Shown: positions 1 to 16,710 of the stretch, piece by piece | Position numbering within the stretch: position 1 is the stretch's first letter | How the letters are laid out: each line of letters begins with the position of its first letter | Assembly: GCF_009914755.1 (NCBI RefSeq) | Contig: NC_060926.1 | DNA from: the human T2T-CHM13v2.0 reference genome, Homo sapiens | Strand: one strand, 5' to 3' | Length of the DNA: 64,000 nucleotides | Notes under the pieces: generated by a model | Told to the model about the DNA's origin: nothing | Databases searched by the model: none | What the model saw: the letters and a program-made list of their open reading frames with translations, nothing else | Position numbers and translations under genes: made by a program

Positions 1-559
1 TCATAAAAGAAAAATCATAATAGAAAAAGATATAATAGGTAACATTTCATATGTTTGGGGAAAAAGTGATGGGTAAATCAAATATTCATCATACAACTCA
101 TAAGAATTGATTTTGAGTAAAATAATTTTGGTTACATGTAAATGAATAAAAAGGAAATTGTTTAAATGGTTTATATGGAAAATTCGATCAAATAATGGGA
201 TTGGCTTAATGTATTTTGATTTCAAAATGCTTTCTTGGCAATGGTAATAAAATTATAATTTAAGTGGTTGTGCTTTCAAATATGGAATCCATATATTCTT
301 ATGGGAAAAATGGTGGAATAGCAACTTCCTACAATCTAGCTGAATATACAGCTATAGAGCAAAATAAATAATAAAGCACTAATTTGAGAAGCATAAACAA
401 CCATAAAATAGACGAGTGTACACTGTGCTAAGGATAAAAATGTATCATTCTGGAATTATCAGGGGAGGCTCCCCGGAAAGCAGGGTAGCGCTATCCAGAT
501 GGCCGGCCTTGGGCAGGTCACTCAGTGTCTCTGGTTTTGGGCATGTTCAATAAGAGTCC

Positions 560-960
560 AAGCTACAATTTAGACTAAAGTCAACCCAGAGAGCTGACCA
601 AAGAGAAAGTACATATTACTGAGGATGGGAACAGAAACAGTGAGTAAGAGGACATCCTGGGCTAACCTTTAGGAGCTGCCAACGTTTAGGGGTTACGAAG
701 ATGACAAACCCCTGGAAAAAGGAGCAAAGAATGAGCAAAGAAGTAAGATAATAAGACAGTGCAACGTGAGAGGGCCCTGAGACCTGAACATATGTGAAAG
801 CAGACAGTCAAATACTATTGGGAAATATTGTCAACAACAAAAATAAGTCTCCTGAATTTGACTAGAAGTCTAATTTTGACATGGAGGCAATTATCTTGGG
901 AAACTATAGGAGGAGGTGGTCATTGAGGACAAGAGAATAGTAAGAAATTGAAGGAGAGGG
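560..960 (-). mobile_element. L2 LINE fragment (old, degraded)
   Basis: Purine-rich L2-antisense-like motifs (gaggacatcctgggc...ccaacgtttagggg...aaaggagcaaagaatgagc); boundaries approximate. Confidence 0.5.
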
Positions 961-974
961 TTCTTGATCAGAGA

Positions 975-1750
<776 letters not shown>

Positions 1751-2481
1751 AAGCAGTTAGGAAATGGAAATGCTTTTTAAGACAAGAGAAAATAACATGT
1801 TTAAAGGCAGAAAGGATAAGATGAAATTGTGGAGAATAAATAAAAAGGAAGAAAAGACATATGGAGGAATTCCCACTTAGTGTGAAATTAACCAGAATGG
1901 GGCCTTAAACTCACAAGTGGCTTGGAGAATTATTTTTCTACTTAGTTTGAGTTCTTTCCTGACTTCTGTGCTCTTCCACTCTTCCTGTTTGGTCATCTCC
2001 TTGACTAACTCTCCTGCTTCACTCCCTAGTCCTAGTCCAGAGTTTATCTTCTTCCCTTTTGACTGGTCCTTCATTCAGACGTATCTTTTTATAATGGCTC
2101 CCCGTGGCTTTGCATTTCTGGGAACTGCCTAGAGCCTTGGACTCTTTCTCCACCCCAGTCTAGGAGTAAGAAGGCTGGGCAGGAACAACCGGGCCTTTAC
2201 AGACCCAAGAAGGGATGGGATCAGTGGCACAGATGAAGAATTCAGCTATGGCAAAGAAGGGAGGGTGGGCATCTTTCCCTTAGATAAACCAGAAGGAAGA
2301 AACAAAAGGGCAAATTTCTGCAAAAAGACAGATTTGAGGAGTGAAGGAGATCGGTTAAAGTTAAGGTTAAAGGAAAGATGAATGAGGGATTTTGGGGAGG
2401 ATGGCCTCAATCTTTCAGAATAGTCTAAGTCAAGTCCATCTACTGCTAGAAAGGATGGCAAGTGTAGGAGCTTAAGGAGTT

Positions 2482-2918
2482 TGTCAGTTTCCTAGGCAGC
2501 CACAACAAATTACTACAAACTGGGTGGCTTAAAACAACATAAATGTAGTTTCTCACAGTTCTGGATCCCAGAAGTCTGAAGTCAAAATATTGTCAGGGCC
2601 TCATTACCTCTGAAGGCCCTAGGGGAGAATCCTTGTTTCTTCCAGCTTCTGCTGGCTGTTGGCATTTCTTGCTTGACGCCACATTATTCCATTTCCAATG
2701 TTTTCACATGGCCTTCTCCTCTGTATGTGTGTCAAAATGTCCTCTGTCTTACATGTCATTGGATTTAGGGTCCACCTGGATAATACAGGATGATCTAATC
2801 TCAACTCTTAATTTAATTATACCTTTTCCCTAAATTAGGTAATGTTCACTGACTCCGTGGATTAGAGCATGTACATTTCTTTTTGGGGACCACCCCAAAA
2901 TCCATTCAACCCACTGCA
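2482..2918 (-). mobile_element. MLT1C/D-like MaLR solo LTR
   Basis: agtttcctagg...acaaactgggtggcttaaaacaac...tctcacagttctgga...ccattcaacccactgca. Confidence 0.85.
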
Positions 2919-3226
2919 AGGGGAAAAAAAGGTGGATGAACAGATACAGAAAGTTAGCCTTGGAGCATGGCATAGAAGAATAAATAAATATGATTGCTGA
3001 AAAGAGACAAAGGCCAAGTCAGAGTTGGACACGTGACTTTTTCTTAGGCCAAGACTGCATGATTCCCCAGTGGCTTTTGGCAGACTGGAAGCAGGAGCAG
3101 ACAGTGGGGTAACCCAGAATAGGGTGTTTATAGGTGGGCTTAACAGAGGGTTAGGGAGATGAAAGGTTTGACCTTTCCTACTTCCAGCTGCAGAACATTA
3201 GATGTCTGTTTATTGGAGTGAAATAA

Positions 3227-3696
<470 letters not shown>

Positions 3697-5159
3697 TAAA
3701 TCCCCAGTGAATAAAACTTTAAACAAAATCTCTATTCCAGTAAACCCAAACTTTTTTTTTCATGATGATGCCTGCGGTGACCATAGGATCCAAGTAAAAA
3801 AGTCATTGATAAATACTCTGAAAAAAAATACCGGCTCTCCAGTACCGTGATTGCAGAGAGTATATGGCTGTATCACGAGTTTCTAAAAAACATGTTACAG
3901 AATTTTCATCTATTGGTAGGACCAGGAAGAGCTCACAAAGCAAGCCTCCAGGTCACATTTCCAGGGCAACACTCAATGGTCCCACCTCATCGGAGAAGGT
4001 TTGCTGCCAAAGTGAAAAAGCACGGGTTACTTCACAAACCACTAGATCTGGGATTTTTAAAGTTCATTTCCCCCTTTATCTTTTTCTATCTTTTTATTTT
4101 TCTTACAAAGCAGCAGAGCTCTCTCTTCCAACAAAAATTTATGTCAAAACAGATCAAAGTGGAGCTGCCATAGTTGTTGGGGGAAGGCAAGCAAGAATAG
4201 CCCCCGCAGCCCGCCTCCCCAGCCTCTGGTGTCTTTTCTGACAGGCCCTTGGAGAGAAGCCCCTGGACACTTCTAGAAATGATTTTGAAGCCGTTGGAGT
4301 AGGCTTCAAGGACAAGAGCAGCTCTTCTGGTCCCAGAAAGTTCAGCATCTCTTCTGTGAGTAGCCTGACTCAGACTGAGCCTTCATCAATTAACTTTACT
4401 ACTAAATAGCAGAATCACCAAATATTTACATGGTGAGAGACTTTAGATAACATCTACGCCGACTCTCTCCTTTTTGGTCAATTCTGAGAACATTCAGCAA
4501 TAGCTAACTCGAATTCAGTTGCTCCTTCCAACAAGAACATGGAACTTCTTTATTTGTTCTCTCTGTGATCCTTGGCATGAACAACATTAAAAATATCTGA
4601 TATAAAAGTTTCCAGGACAAATGTTTCTATTTCATTCGTGATGACATCTTACCATTTTTTGAGAATGCTCATAGTCTCAATTAAGGCCTCTGAAGAAAGG
4701 ATGTCAGTCCAGGCGCCCAGTTATACTAATAGCCCCATTTCAATCAAGCTGCTTTCTGGAGAACATCCTTGTCTTCTACCCCTATCCACCCCTTCAAGAT
4801 ATATATGTATATATATATATATTTTAATTACCAAACATCTCTCTAATCTGAGGGTATGTGTTTTCCTTAAGGTCTATTTATTTCTTGGCCATTTGACATG
4901 CCCAAGATAGCACAACTTTCATGGGGCCTGTTTTTACTTCACTACAATTGGCGATTTTCCCTGCTTGAATAAACTTGCACACATTAAAAGTTTTAATAGA
5001 GGATTGAGGATTGCAAGTAAGTGTTAATAGGGCAGACCTCCAAAATGAGCCAGATACAAAGGTATTTGGCAGAGGAAAAATAATTCACTAACTTGAAATA
5101 GCAGATAAGCAACCAATGGAGTTAGAATCAAATGCCATTATTTGAGAAAGGCGTTCAGT

Positions 5160-6300
<1,141 letters not shown>

Positions 6301-7499
6301 ATAGTAAGTTTTCCTTACCTCATTGATCTGTTTACTCCAAACTTCTGCTACCTCATAATCTGAGTTTGCGATGGTCCTGACTTGACCTCACAGCATCTCT
6401 CTATGCAACTTTTCAACTCTCTCTGCTAGTTGCTTTCTTATTTCCTCAGAATTTTTGAATTCAAATTCCCAAAAGAAAAAATTCAGTAGTACTGGAAGTT
6501 CATCTTCATTGTGTGCAGGCATCACAAGTTGCTGGCCAACTTACAGATTGCCTTTGGGTTGGGTACCTCTTGGGAGCCGATGGTCTATAACGGGGGATGG
6601 CACCCCTCACCAGCATAGGACTGTCTCTTCAGCACAAGCCGGGGTGGGGTCAGCACCAAAACAAACAAACAAACAAAACAGTGCACTGTGTCCCCAATAT
6701 AACCCTCTGTGTCAAAGTGTAAGGATCCAAACTCTAAATGGTTCCAGGAATCTTACATAGTGTCTACCAGGGAAGAAAAGTTCTCTTTACTCCAGCATCT
6801 AATCACTTGACAGGTCAATATTAATAACATCTTGTATTTGCATAGCACTTTAAACTTTTCAAAGTGCCTTTGCAAAATGTTATTCTAAAGGACTTTCAGA
6901 GACAGAAGGATATGTATAAACATACTCTACAAGTGCAAATAATCTATAAGCCTTACTTTATGCAAATGAATTAATAAAAAACTATATGATGACTATGCTT
7001 AAACAATGCTCCATAATAAACTGCTAGTTTTAGGTGCTTAACAAAACAATAAAATCTATCAATTTCTCTAGTTCTGTACCTTTAATGATTCTCTCAGCAC
7101 CTCTGCAGCTGAGCGGCCGCTACAGTTAGTTTTCAGGCCAAAGAATTTGCCTCTCCAAGTGCCAATGTTACTACAGAAATACTACTTATTACTCTTTATT
7201 AAGCCACAGGGATCAATGTCTCTTCCTCTGGATTTGGTGCCCTGGAGGTGGTGTTGAAAGTGGGGAGAAATCCCAGACCCATACAGAACAAGCCAATCCA
7301 GTCCGAGTATGGTCGGCCTTTGGAAGGCCACAGCTGCAGTGAGACAAGTGAGGTATCGTGTATTCGTTGAGGACATACCAGCAGCTGGACAAAAATACAT
7401 GATCTCCCAACTCTGCATCCAGTACTCTTCCCTAAACCTCATCAATGAATAAGTAATGTGACTTTAGAAGATGGAGCAAGCAAACCAGAAAGAAAGAAA

Positions 7500-8530
7500 T
7501 ATTTTAACTTCTGATCTGCCCCAGGCTTCGTTGTATTACATGGTATCACTCTTCACCCAGTTATGTAAGCCAGAAACATATCCCTTTTTCTCCTCCCACA
7601 CCCTGCCCACAACAACCCATAAACCACCCAGCTCAGTCAGGTTACTTCCGAAATATATCTTGAATCCCTTCTCTCTTTCCTGACTTCACCATCACCATCT
7701 CAGTCAACCACTAGCTATGGCTTTGATGACAGCCAAAGCTTCTTGGTTGGTTTCCCTGCTTCGGCCCACTTACAGTGCATTCCTGATAGACTGGCCAGGG
7801 TAATCTTTCTGCGCAAAAATCCTGTCTTGTCTTTCTTTGGTGTCCAATTCTTCGCTGGCTTCTGACTTCATTTAGGATAAAAACTAAACATCGTACTCAG
7901 GCTCTGCGTGATCTTGGCAACTCCACTAAGATCACTTCCTCTCCCCATCATTGACAGCCCCAGGCACACCAGCCTCCTGGTGGTTCCTAAGATGTGCCCA
8001 GCTTGTCCTGCCTCCAACCAGCAATGGAAACTCTTCCATCTGCCTGGCTGTGCTTCCTCAGCTTCTTATCTATGTGGCTCCTTCTCAACCTTCAAATCTC
8101 ATCCTCATGGGAAGCCATCCCTGACCACTCAACTTAAATCGCCACCCACTTCCCCCCAGTTATTCTCTACTGCACCACTCTTTTTATTCTTTCCTGGAGA
8201 TTATTAAAATCTATATATTTTAATGTGTGCAGATATTTATTGTCTTTCTTCCTCACCGCAATATAACCTCTGTAAAAGAAGAATTCTCATTTGCACGATT
8301 TACTGCTGTAGCCTCAGGGCCAAGCCCTGTGCCTGGCATAGAGCTCCTCTTGTCAGTTCCACCTCCAAGATACATCTTAAAAGCATGCTCTCTTCCTTGT
8401 CTCCACTATCACCATCCTAACCTAAGCCACCATTCTCTCTCCCTTGGACTGATGCAATAGCCCTCGATTGGTCCTTCTGTTTCAACTCTAGTCCAGAGCT
8501 CAGTAAATACTTGTTGATAGAACAAATAAG
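7500..8530 (+). mobile_element. L2 LINE fragments
   Basis: Pyrimidine-rich L2 body ending in gctcagtaaatacttgttga. Confidence 0.7.
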
Positions 8531-11499
8531 CCTATCATGCTGGGAATAATAATACCTAAAAGAGATAGGAATCCATATCCTGTAAGAAAATCACTTAGCT
8601 TTTCCCAAGCACTGAAAGAACATCAAATGCTCACCAGCTTTCACACTCAGGTGATAAAATAGGAGGCATTTTATCCAGCTCAGGCACAGCACAGTTGAAA
8701 TGCCACATGGAGAACAGAGAGTATTCAATTTTCTATGAGCTACTATTCCAGTGGTATCCACAGAGCTGCTGGGCTCTAAAGGAGGAGGTGTAGGAAAAAA
8801 AAACCAAATGCCTACGATCTTAACCACAAACACCCACAAAAATAGTAATAACTTTCAAAGACCTCAACAACCCATTTCTGACCACATCAAAGAAGACTCA
8901 TCTGGAGACCTTTCTCTAATATCTGTATCTGCCATGAGGTTAGGGATGCTGTAAAAATAGATAGAAAATAGGGGCACTGTTAATTAAGGAGACAGCTCAA
9001 AAGCTTTCTAATACTCATCACACCTTTGAACTAGTAATAAGATGATTGTAGCTTCCAATACCATTTCCCCATCATCAGACCCAGAAACAGCTTTTGGCTG
9101 AGAGGTGAGAGAGTGGAACAAGGGCCTGTGTAATCCCACATGCCAGGATGCCATTTTGTAAAATAAAGCCAAGCCTATTGTGTAGTCTTCACATGATTCC
9201 CACTGATTTCAAGACACCCAGGGCAGTATCTGCAACATACTCTCACATAGAAAGTGAAAACGCATGTACATGTGGGCTGTGACAGCTGGTTGGGTTGGAG
9301 GCTGTGGGTGCTTGAAACTGGTGCAACCGGGGCAAGAAACACCTGCTTCTTGTCTCATTTGAAGTGACTTGGAGGGAAAAATTGTCTTGAGGTGACAGAA
9401 ATAATTATGTAAGTTTGTCTGGAACTGACAAAAAAATGCATTTGACTGTCACAAAGCAAATGAGGCTGTCCTCCAAGTTGGCACCCAGCAATTGCCCCGG
9501 GTAAAAGATGCCACAGATAGGAAAATGAGTGCCAGCATCATCTGGGCAGCACAGTGGCTTCTCAGCTCCTCCCCACTCCCAGGCTCATTCAACACAGTTG
9601 CGGGAGGCCACCCCCGTGTCCCAAGGTAATATTCCAGAAATCACCACTTCCTTTCATTTAGGGTCTCTCCCCATCCCCCGTGCAGACTTGCAGGCTGGCG
9701 TTGACCTGAAATCCAGCCCAGGAATGAAACCTCAGAGCTTAATCCACTAAGTCGGCCTGGCTTTGAGCCCCAGAGAAAATGGGATTTCTATAAAATGTTC
9801 ACTTTAAAGAGAGATTTGCTCCCTTCACAGCTCCTTTTCTGTGTCACATGCCATTAACTCACAAAACCCTGGCCATTGCCGAGGCAGAGGCTCGAGCTGG
9901 CTATGCAGAAAGGAGCACATGCCCGCATTTGCTGTGTCTCTGAATGAGGCACCATTTGATTCGCACGAGCTGTGGTTCTCTGCCTCAGTATCTACACTGC
10001 AAAATCATACTGGTTCACTCACTTCCTTGCCTCCACTGAATATCATAATTTGACACAGTGATAAAAACACAAAGACTCCATTGTGACTTTGACTCCTCCC
10101 GCCACTTCTCCTTGTGATAGAAGCTTCAGGAAGGCTCGGCTCACAAGCCAGCACAAGTGCACAGTGAACTAGGAGCCAACACATTCCTCACTGGGAGTCT
10201 ACGCCATGCAAGCAAATCCCCACGTGTTTCAAAAGCATCACTGGTTTGCTATCGCCGGACTACTACTCACCACTTGGGGAGTGCGGTGGTTATTCTTCTT
10301 TCTTTCTTCACCCCCACCCCCTGCCCCTCATTCCTTCTTCACTGTTCTCTGTCCAATTTGGTGTCTGGTAGACTGACCCCCTTGCAGGTTGCATCACCCA
10401 GGCTTGCTTGCCAGGGTGCTAAGGGAAGCCCCCACAGCAGGTCAGAGTTGGGGCAGACAGGTCAGGTAGTTCTCCCCTCACTCCCTGTCAGCTTGCCAGC
10501 CAGTCTCTTGGAGGAGCTGTGTCCCTCCAAGACTAAAAATACACACCAGGAAATTCCTCCTCCTAGGCTCCAGCTCTTGGTTCCTGTGCCACCATTTCCT
10601 CCCCTTGCCATGTTAGTCCTAAGTGTGCCTCACTTCCAGTCTCTGGGGGCACCATCATCCACTGAATGTCCTTTAATTCTGCATACACCTAAACAAGAAG
10701 TCCCTTCATTAAGGGCTCTTCATCTGAACCATGTGAATTCTATTTCTTGCTGATGCAGGTAGGACCACTTGGTGCTGCCAAAAGTCCCCATCCCTGCTTC
10801 AGGGATTCTGGTTTTAATACTCAAAGAACTCTGCATCCAGTCACTCTTGCTACCGGTGTGATCTCTTCTTGTGCCTTACTCCTAATACATGGTTTCTGCA
10901 TCCTTCTGAGATCATGTTGTGGCTCCATTCTGCTCATTAGGTGTGTGTCTTGTGAACTTAGGCCTGGTTCCCAGCCTGGGCAACCTGTCTAACATCCCAG
11001 ACCTTTTAGAGATTGAAGGTCACTTCCTCTTGATAACTCCCCCTGCCCCAGACCCTGGCACCTGAATTCCAGCCAAGGCTCAGCTCCTTGATTCTCAGTA
11101 TGTGCATCTAGTTAGATATCTGGATAGTACCTGCCTCTTGTTCCTGCTTTGATATTACTATTGATTGTTTGTCCACAGAAATACTGGCTTGCTAGGTCAA
11201 CTGGAATAACCACCTTTTGTATTTGTTGTATTCTCCAGAGAACATGTTCTATCTGTTTCACTGGACTTCCACCTTCAAATCCACTTCCTAGGACCAGGAA
11301 TCTCCCCACATATGCCATCTTGTTAACATTTATTTGTACATCTCTAAAGACAGCTGCTTGCCAGGATGACCACTTGGTTTTAATATTTTTCATATTTTCA
11401 AGATGCCATGTCCTACCTGCTGCTTGATCAATGACAATTTATATACACTAATTGATTGATGACCACTTATTTCACTACATCTGAGTGCCAGCTCAGTGA

Positions 11500-11819
11500 T
11501 TCAGTGACAGTCCCATACTTTTGAGAGTCAACCAATTAGTGGTGGAGTCACGCCAGCGTCAGTTCTGAAACCTAACCAATCAATAAGTCTTGCCTCCTGC
11601 CCCCTTCCCCCCAAAACCACACTTTTATGTTTGAGGTCAACCAACTACCACTTCTGTAATCAACATAATCTCAAAGCAACCCTTCACCCCAAATCTTGTC
11701 CAGGATGAGCAGGCTGCTTTGCTCAGAGAGATTATGGCTAGCGGGTATTCTCTTTCTTACTTGAGTAATGAATTCAGGTTTTTCTTTCAGTTATTAAGTG
11801 CTGATACGTTCCCTTTACA
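11500..11819 (+). mobile_element. Probable old ERV LTR 3' portion
   Basis: Repeated aaccaat boxes, degenerate poly(A) signal, terminal ...tttaca; family not resolved. Confidence 0.35.
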
Positions 11820-11829
11820 ATACAAAATA

Positions 11830-12165
11830 AAACGTTTTAAGCAAGGTAAAAATAGAAGGAAGCTTTTTTAGCTTGATAAAATAAATTGACTAGATATGTA
11901 AAAAGTATTACACTTAATAGTGAAACAGTAGAAGCATCTCTATTAAAGGCAGAAACAAAGTCACTGTCACTGTTGTTGTTTCACAGTGTGAAAGGTGACA
12001 CTGGGGCAAAACAAGAAGACAAAGAAATAAGGACTAAATATAGAAATTGTCATGATTTTCCAGGAAATTAGTGTTTACTAAAAAAGTCCAGAATCAATTT
12101 GCACCCTCTTAGAACCAAAAAGAAAGGTCAATAGGGTGGTTGGATATAAGCTCAACAAAATACTA
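11830..12165 (+). mobile_element. Ancient L1 (L1M) ORF2 remnant
   Basis: ORF 11886-12071 (SITLNSETVEASLLK...SLLLFHSV...KQEDKEIR) is a decayed version of L1 ORF2 NIILNGEKLEAFPLK...SPLLFNIV...RQEKEIK. Confidence 0.8.
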
Positions 12166-12174
12166 ACAATATTG

Positions 12175-12425
12175 GTAGTAATCACTAAACTGTATTGAGT
12201 GCTTACGATGTGCAGGTGCTATTCCACATGCTTCACGGGTTTTATGTAATTTGAAACTCACAATAACCCTTTGAAGTAAGTACTGTTATCCTTACTGCTT
12301 AAGAGGTGAGCGTACAGAGATACAGCGAGATTAAGTTGCCAGAATTACCCAGCTTGTATGATGTTGCTGGGGTTTGAACACAAGCAAAGCAGTATCAGAA
12401 ATCATGCTGTTAACCACTTTTACAC
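12175..12425 (-). mobile_element. MIR SINE
   Basis: tattgagtgcttac...actcacaataaccctttgaagtaagtactgttatc...gggtttgaacacaagc. Confidence 0.8.
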
Positions 12426-12904
12426 TGATCTCTATGCTTTTTACTCATGGATCCCAAGAGTAAAAAAAAAATTGAGCGAGCACCCCCATCTATGTATATG
12501 TTTATTTTGTAAATTATATGCACATTATAGAACAAATAAAAAAACATTTAAAGGACAGGACAGAGATGAACCAAACAATTTTTTCAACACATTCTCAATG
12601 AATTAATAATTGAATTAATTTATCTTTATTTTATGACACTGTCCTGGACATGGGAAGGTTAAGAAAACATTCCTAACTTAGCTTGCCTCCCATGATACGT
12701 AAGGCAGCATTTGCAGACCCTCCTATGATCCTGGATGTTGGCAGGCTTCTGTGTGACCTCCAATGCTGGCTTCTTCCTAGTCCCCATGATGCGGATTGGG
12801 GTGGCTAGATAACCAGTTTTGGCGTGGGTCTTCAGTTTGAGCAAGGAAGCATTAGTGAAGGCTTCAGTCACCTCTATGGGTGCCCTTTTGCTTGTTAAAC
12901 AGTG

Positions 12905-13250
12905 GCTGTCTGAGGTTGTTTTCCCCTGAAAATGAAGCCAAAAATATGGACTTGGGTGGAGCTAGTTTATTTGGGAGATGATCACAAAAGCAGGAGCAAG
13001 GAGGTGGGGAACCTGAGACAGGAAAGGAAAAGCCAACAGGAAGGCACATTATCAAGGTTGCTGCTGTAGGCAATGGGAGCTCCGTTCGCTGGGACTTCTG
13101 GGGAGTATAAGGAACTCTTCCCAGAAATATCTTTCAAAAGGCAGAGGCTGGAGCATGTGTCACAAGCTCCCATCCCCCCTTGGTAAAGAGCTACCCCCGG
13201 GTCATCATCCAGACTGCTCAACTTCTCAGACATTAACCTGAGTGCCACCC
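12905..13250 (-). mobile_element. LTR16/LTR33-like ERVL LTR fragment
   Basis: gaggttgttttcccctg...agtttatttgggagatgatc...tgagacaggaaagg pattern. Confidence 0.6.
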
Positions 13251-14299
13251 ACAGACACTCAGCGAGATTGTAATAGGAGTCACAGCGAACAAGTGGCTCT
13301 GATTTGTAATTGTAAACCAGCTACCAGGAAGAAAACTTCTAGGGCAGCATATTTCACACAATAATCAGAAATTTGGAATAGGAAATGCAGACACTAAAGG
13401 AAGACACTCTTGGTGATGATGATCATGGCTTTGCTCAAATTGACAATTTAAGTTTGCGATCCTGATAACTAGGGAGTAGGCCACCCTGCATTTCTTACCA
13501 AGATGCACTGATTTGAGTTCTCCCACAAGCCCCTGACTTCTCTTTCCTCCTGTATCACAAGAGTGACAAGTCACAAGTGTCCCAGTGAATAAGGTCAAGA
13601 GGAACAAAGAGAGGCTATTTCCTGCCCAAACATCATATACTTCATGGGTGATTGCATACTCTTGGATGACAGCTACTGCCGAAATGACTGCAAGCCCAGA
13701 GCTGAGCTTCAAGAATTACACAACTTATAATGTAGTTAAACACCCTATAGTTCACATCTGGAGCTCTTTTCTTCCCTGACTCTCTTAATCTCCCCACAGC
13801 TCGCTGCCCACTTCTCTGGCTGATTGCAAAGGCAGCAGAGCTATCAAACTCTCAGATTTAAAGATCTCCTGATGACACTTCCAAGGTCTTTCCTTTTCAA
13901 TCTATGGCTGGGCACCACCAGCCAGCACCACCCCCACCCTCACTCCCTGCCTCACACCCCCTCCTGCCCAGAAAACCTCTTTAGCCCCCATAGGATGATG
14001 AAGCCCTCAGAAAGCAGGTTTGTAACCTCTCTGTGTTTGCAAACACTTCCTGAGATCTCTCTCTGTCACACACAGGCTGTTGTGCTACTCATTTGGCAAG
14101 TATTAAAAAAATCACAAACCCATCCCCTCCCTGCGGGTAATTAATGTACTTCAGTCTTTCTGCAAGCACAAAGTACTCTTCCTTCAGGCCACAACATTTG
14201 ATAAAGAAATGAATCTTTGAGATTATTAATTCCCTGGGCTGAGATTTTGTTTAATAACTGTTCTGTCAGTGATAGATCTGAAGAGGTAGGGCATGTGTG

Positions 14300-14300
<1 letters not shown>

Positions 14301-14344
<44 letters not shown>
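14301..14344 (+). repeat. (TG)22 microsatellite
   Basis: Direct reading. Confidence 0.98.
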
Positions 14345-14347
<3 letters not shown>

Positions 14348-15002
14348 AAGAGATGGAGGGAAGGAGGTAGGAGGGACTGAAACAGAGACAGAGATAGAGA
14401 CATGGATAGTAGGAGGGTAGTGGAGTGGCGAGGGGAGGGTACTGTGATTGTGGCCTAGAGACCTGGCAGGCTGGCATTACAAAGCACCTCCTTACCGAGA
14501 GCTGGAGCACCGGTGTGACAAATCACTGCTTCCCTCCATTCCCACCTCCCCATCTCCCCACCTCACTGTCTGTACTAGCTGATTAGGTCCAAATCAGCCA
14601 ATTACAGAACATGATTTGGGAAATATTTCCTCCTTGACATTCTGGAGAACAATCCCTTGCTGAGGAAAAAAATACATTATAAAATAAATGGAAAAGCATC
14701 AATCAGCTGGGAAAATGTATTCTACTTGTTGGAGGCAAGTGATGTTTTTCTTTAAATGGGACTGAAGGCAGAGCGGTTTGATTTTTTACTAAGACACCAA
14801 AACAGCAGGGAAGTATCTGCATATAAGCTGTTACCTTTTCCCCCTATAAAGCAGGATACCCTAGTAGATCATTATCAGAGAAGCAGGCATCACATGATGG
14901 TCAGTAAATTACTTGTCCAATTTTGGTGCGATTTGGGTAAAAGCACAAAAGTAATTTCATTGCCAGCAGATAGCCTCTGCCCACCCCCACACCACTACTT
15001 CC

Positions 15003-15008
<6 letters not shown>

Positions 15009-15056
<48 letters not shown>
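15009..15056 (+). repeat. (CA)24 microsatellite
   Basis: Direct reading. Confidence 0.98.
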
Positions 15057-15059
<3 letters not shown>

Positions 15060-16549
15060 CTTCCCCAAATGGAAGAAAGGTCAAATTGCTGAAGAGGAAG
15101 TTGTTTTCCCTTCTGGTATGTACCTCACCCCTGCCAGCCTCATCCAGAGTTTTTGGCAATTGGCAGGTTTTTATACCAGACAAAGCAGGCCTGGCTTCTT
15201 AACCCTTATGTGGGGATAAGACTCCCGGGAGGAGGAGAAGGTCCTCCTGTGAAGCAGACCTGTGCAATGAGGCCTGGAAACTTTGGGCAGCCTGTCCCCA
15301 CCCTTCCCCTCTCTCTCTTCATGTGGCACAGCTTTCTACCCTCCTCCTGTCCTCAAAGATCAAGAAACATGTGTTTGTGTGACTCATAGGTCCATGAACT
15401 CAATCCAGAGGGTAAGTAACTCACTGAATGAATGAGATGTGTCATTCCCAGGCTATAATCGTAATTCAAGGCCTTACCTTTTCCTAATGAGCCTCATGGC
15501 CTGGTATATTCATGCCTGCCTCTCTGCAGCTGCAGCCCCCAGCCTCTACAAAGTCCCACAGAGCCCTAGGCCTGGCGGGAATGTCCACTCCCCTCCTGCA
15601 TTTAGGCTGGAATAAAGGGCTTGAGCTCCTCTGAATGGCATTTGCCTTCTACTGACTTTGAAAAATACATGTATTTCTTCCCATTTGTGCTACCTTGACC
15701 TACCTACATGGCACTTTTTTCTCACAAAGTAATCACAAAATGCAAATATGCTACAACTTTGTTTTTCTTTCTCAGTTAAGGGACAGGATGTCCATGACAG
15801 AATATGTGTAGTACATATTAGCGTGAATGGATTCTCAGCAAAGTAGTAAAGAAAGCTTCATTGACTCTCAGCTGCTTTTCCCCTCTGTTTTCGTCACCTT
15901 CCATTTTTACTCCAGTCCCATGCTCCTCACTGCATGCATGCACACACACTTCCCTTTTGGAAACACCCAATTCTCCCCCAATCCAAATCATTGACTGCCA
16001 TTTTCATAAAACGGTCCCTTTTTAATTGCCTCACTGAGGTCTGTTTGCCTTCCTAGGACAATACGCATAACCAGATCTTACTTGATTCCTTGCATCTATC
16101 AAAAGTCAACTCGATCATCTCTTTGGTGACAGTTGCTTTCCAACCTTCAGACCAGAAAAGATTCTATCTTCAACCATCTGAAATTCATCCAGATTCTATG
16201 TCCAATGTTCTAGTTTTGGAAAGTTTCCTCCTCAGCACCTACCCTCAATATTCTTTAGTCTTCAACTTTTCAGTCAAAATGTTTTACTATTTTTGCATCA
16301 TCAGGATCTGAGTTCCACTAACAGTACGACGTGTCTGCAATTATATTGAGTGTGCATACACACCTATACACATTTCATCCAAAAATATTTCATTGCACGG
16401 GGGTAGTGTCAGTTGGTAAATGCTTGCTACTAAATCCCAGAAATTTCAAGTCCTATGAAAGTCCCTGGAGGAAGATAATTGGAGGTAGGCAAGAGTTTGA
16501 GATCAGACCAAAATAATAATGATAGTAATAATAATAATCAATATATTAT

Positions 16550-16710
16550 CATTTGGCAAGGCCCTTCACTATTCTGATGCTCAGCTTTGGTATTCTTGCA
16601 TGTTAAGTGTTGACAATAAGGCCTCATGTTGGGTTGGGTGAGAGTGGGGATGAATGAGATGAAGTACATAAGAAGCTGGCACATGGTCATTCCTTAATAA
16701 AATATGATTA
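16550..16710 (+). mobile_element. MIR SINE fragment
   Basis: ttggcaag...ctcagcttt...gggatgaatgagatga...ctggcacatggt. Confidence 0.6.

Noticed and set aside
7092-7120. REST/RE1-like site next to a NotI site
   Set aside because: Only the left half (tcagcacc) matches, and a single gcggccgc does not make a CpG island
10157-10753. 198-aa ORF
   Set aside because: Non-ATG start, Leu/Pro/Ser-rich, no recognisable domain; consistent with chance in GC-richer DNA
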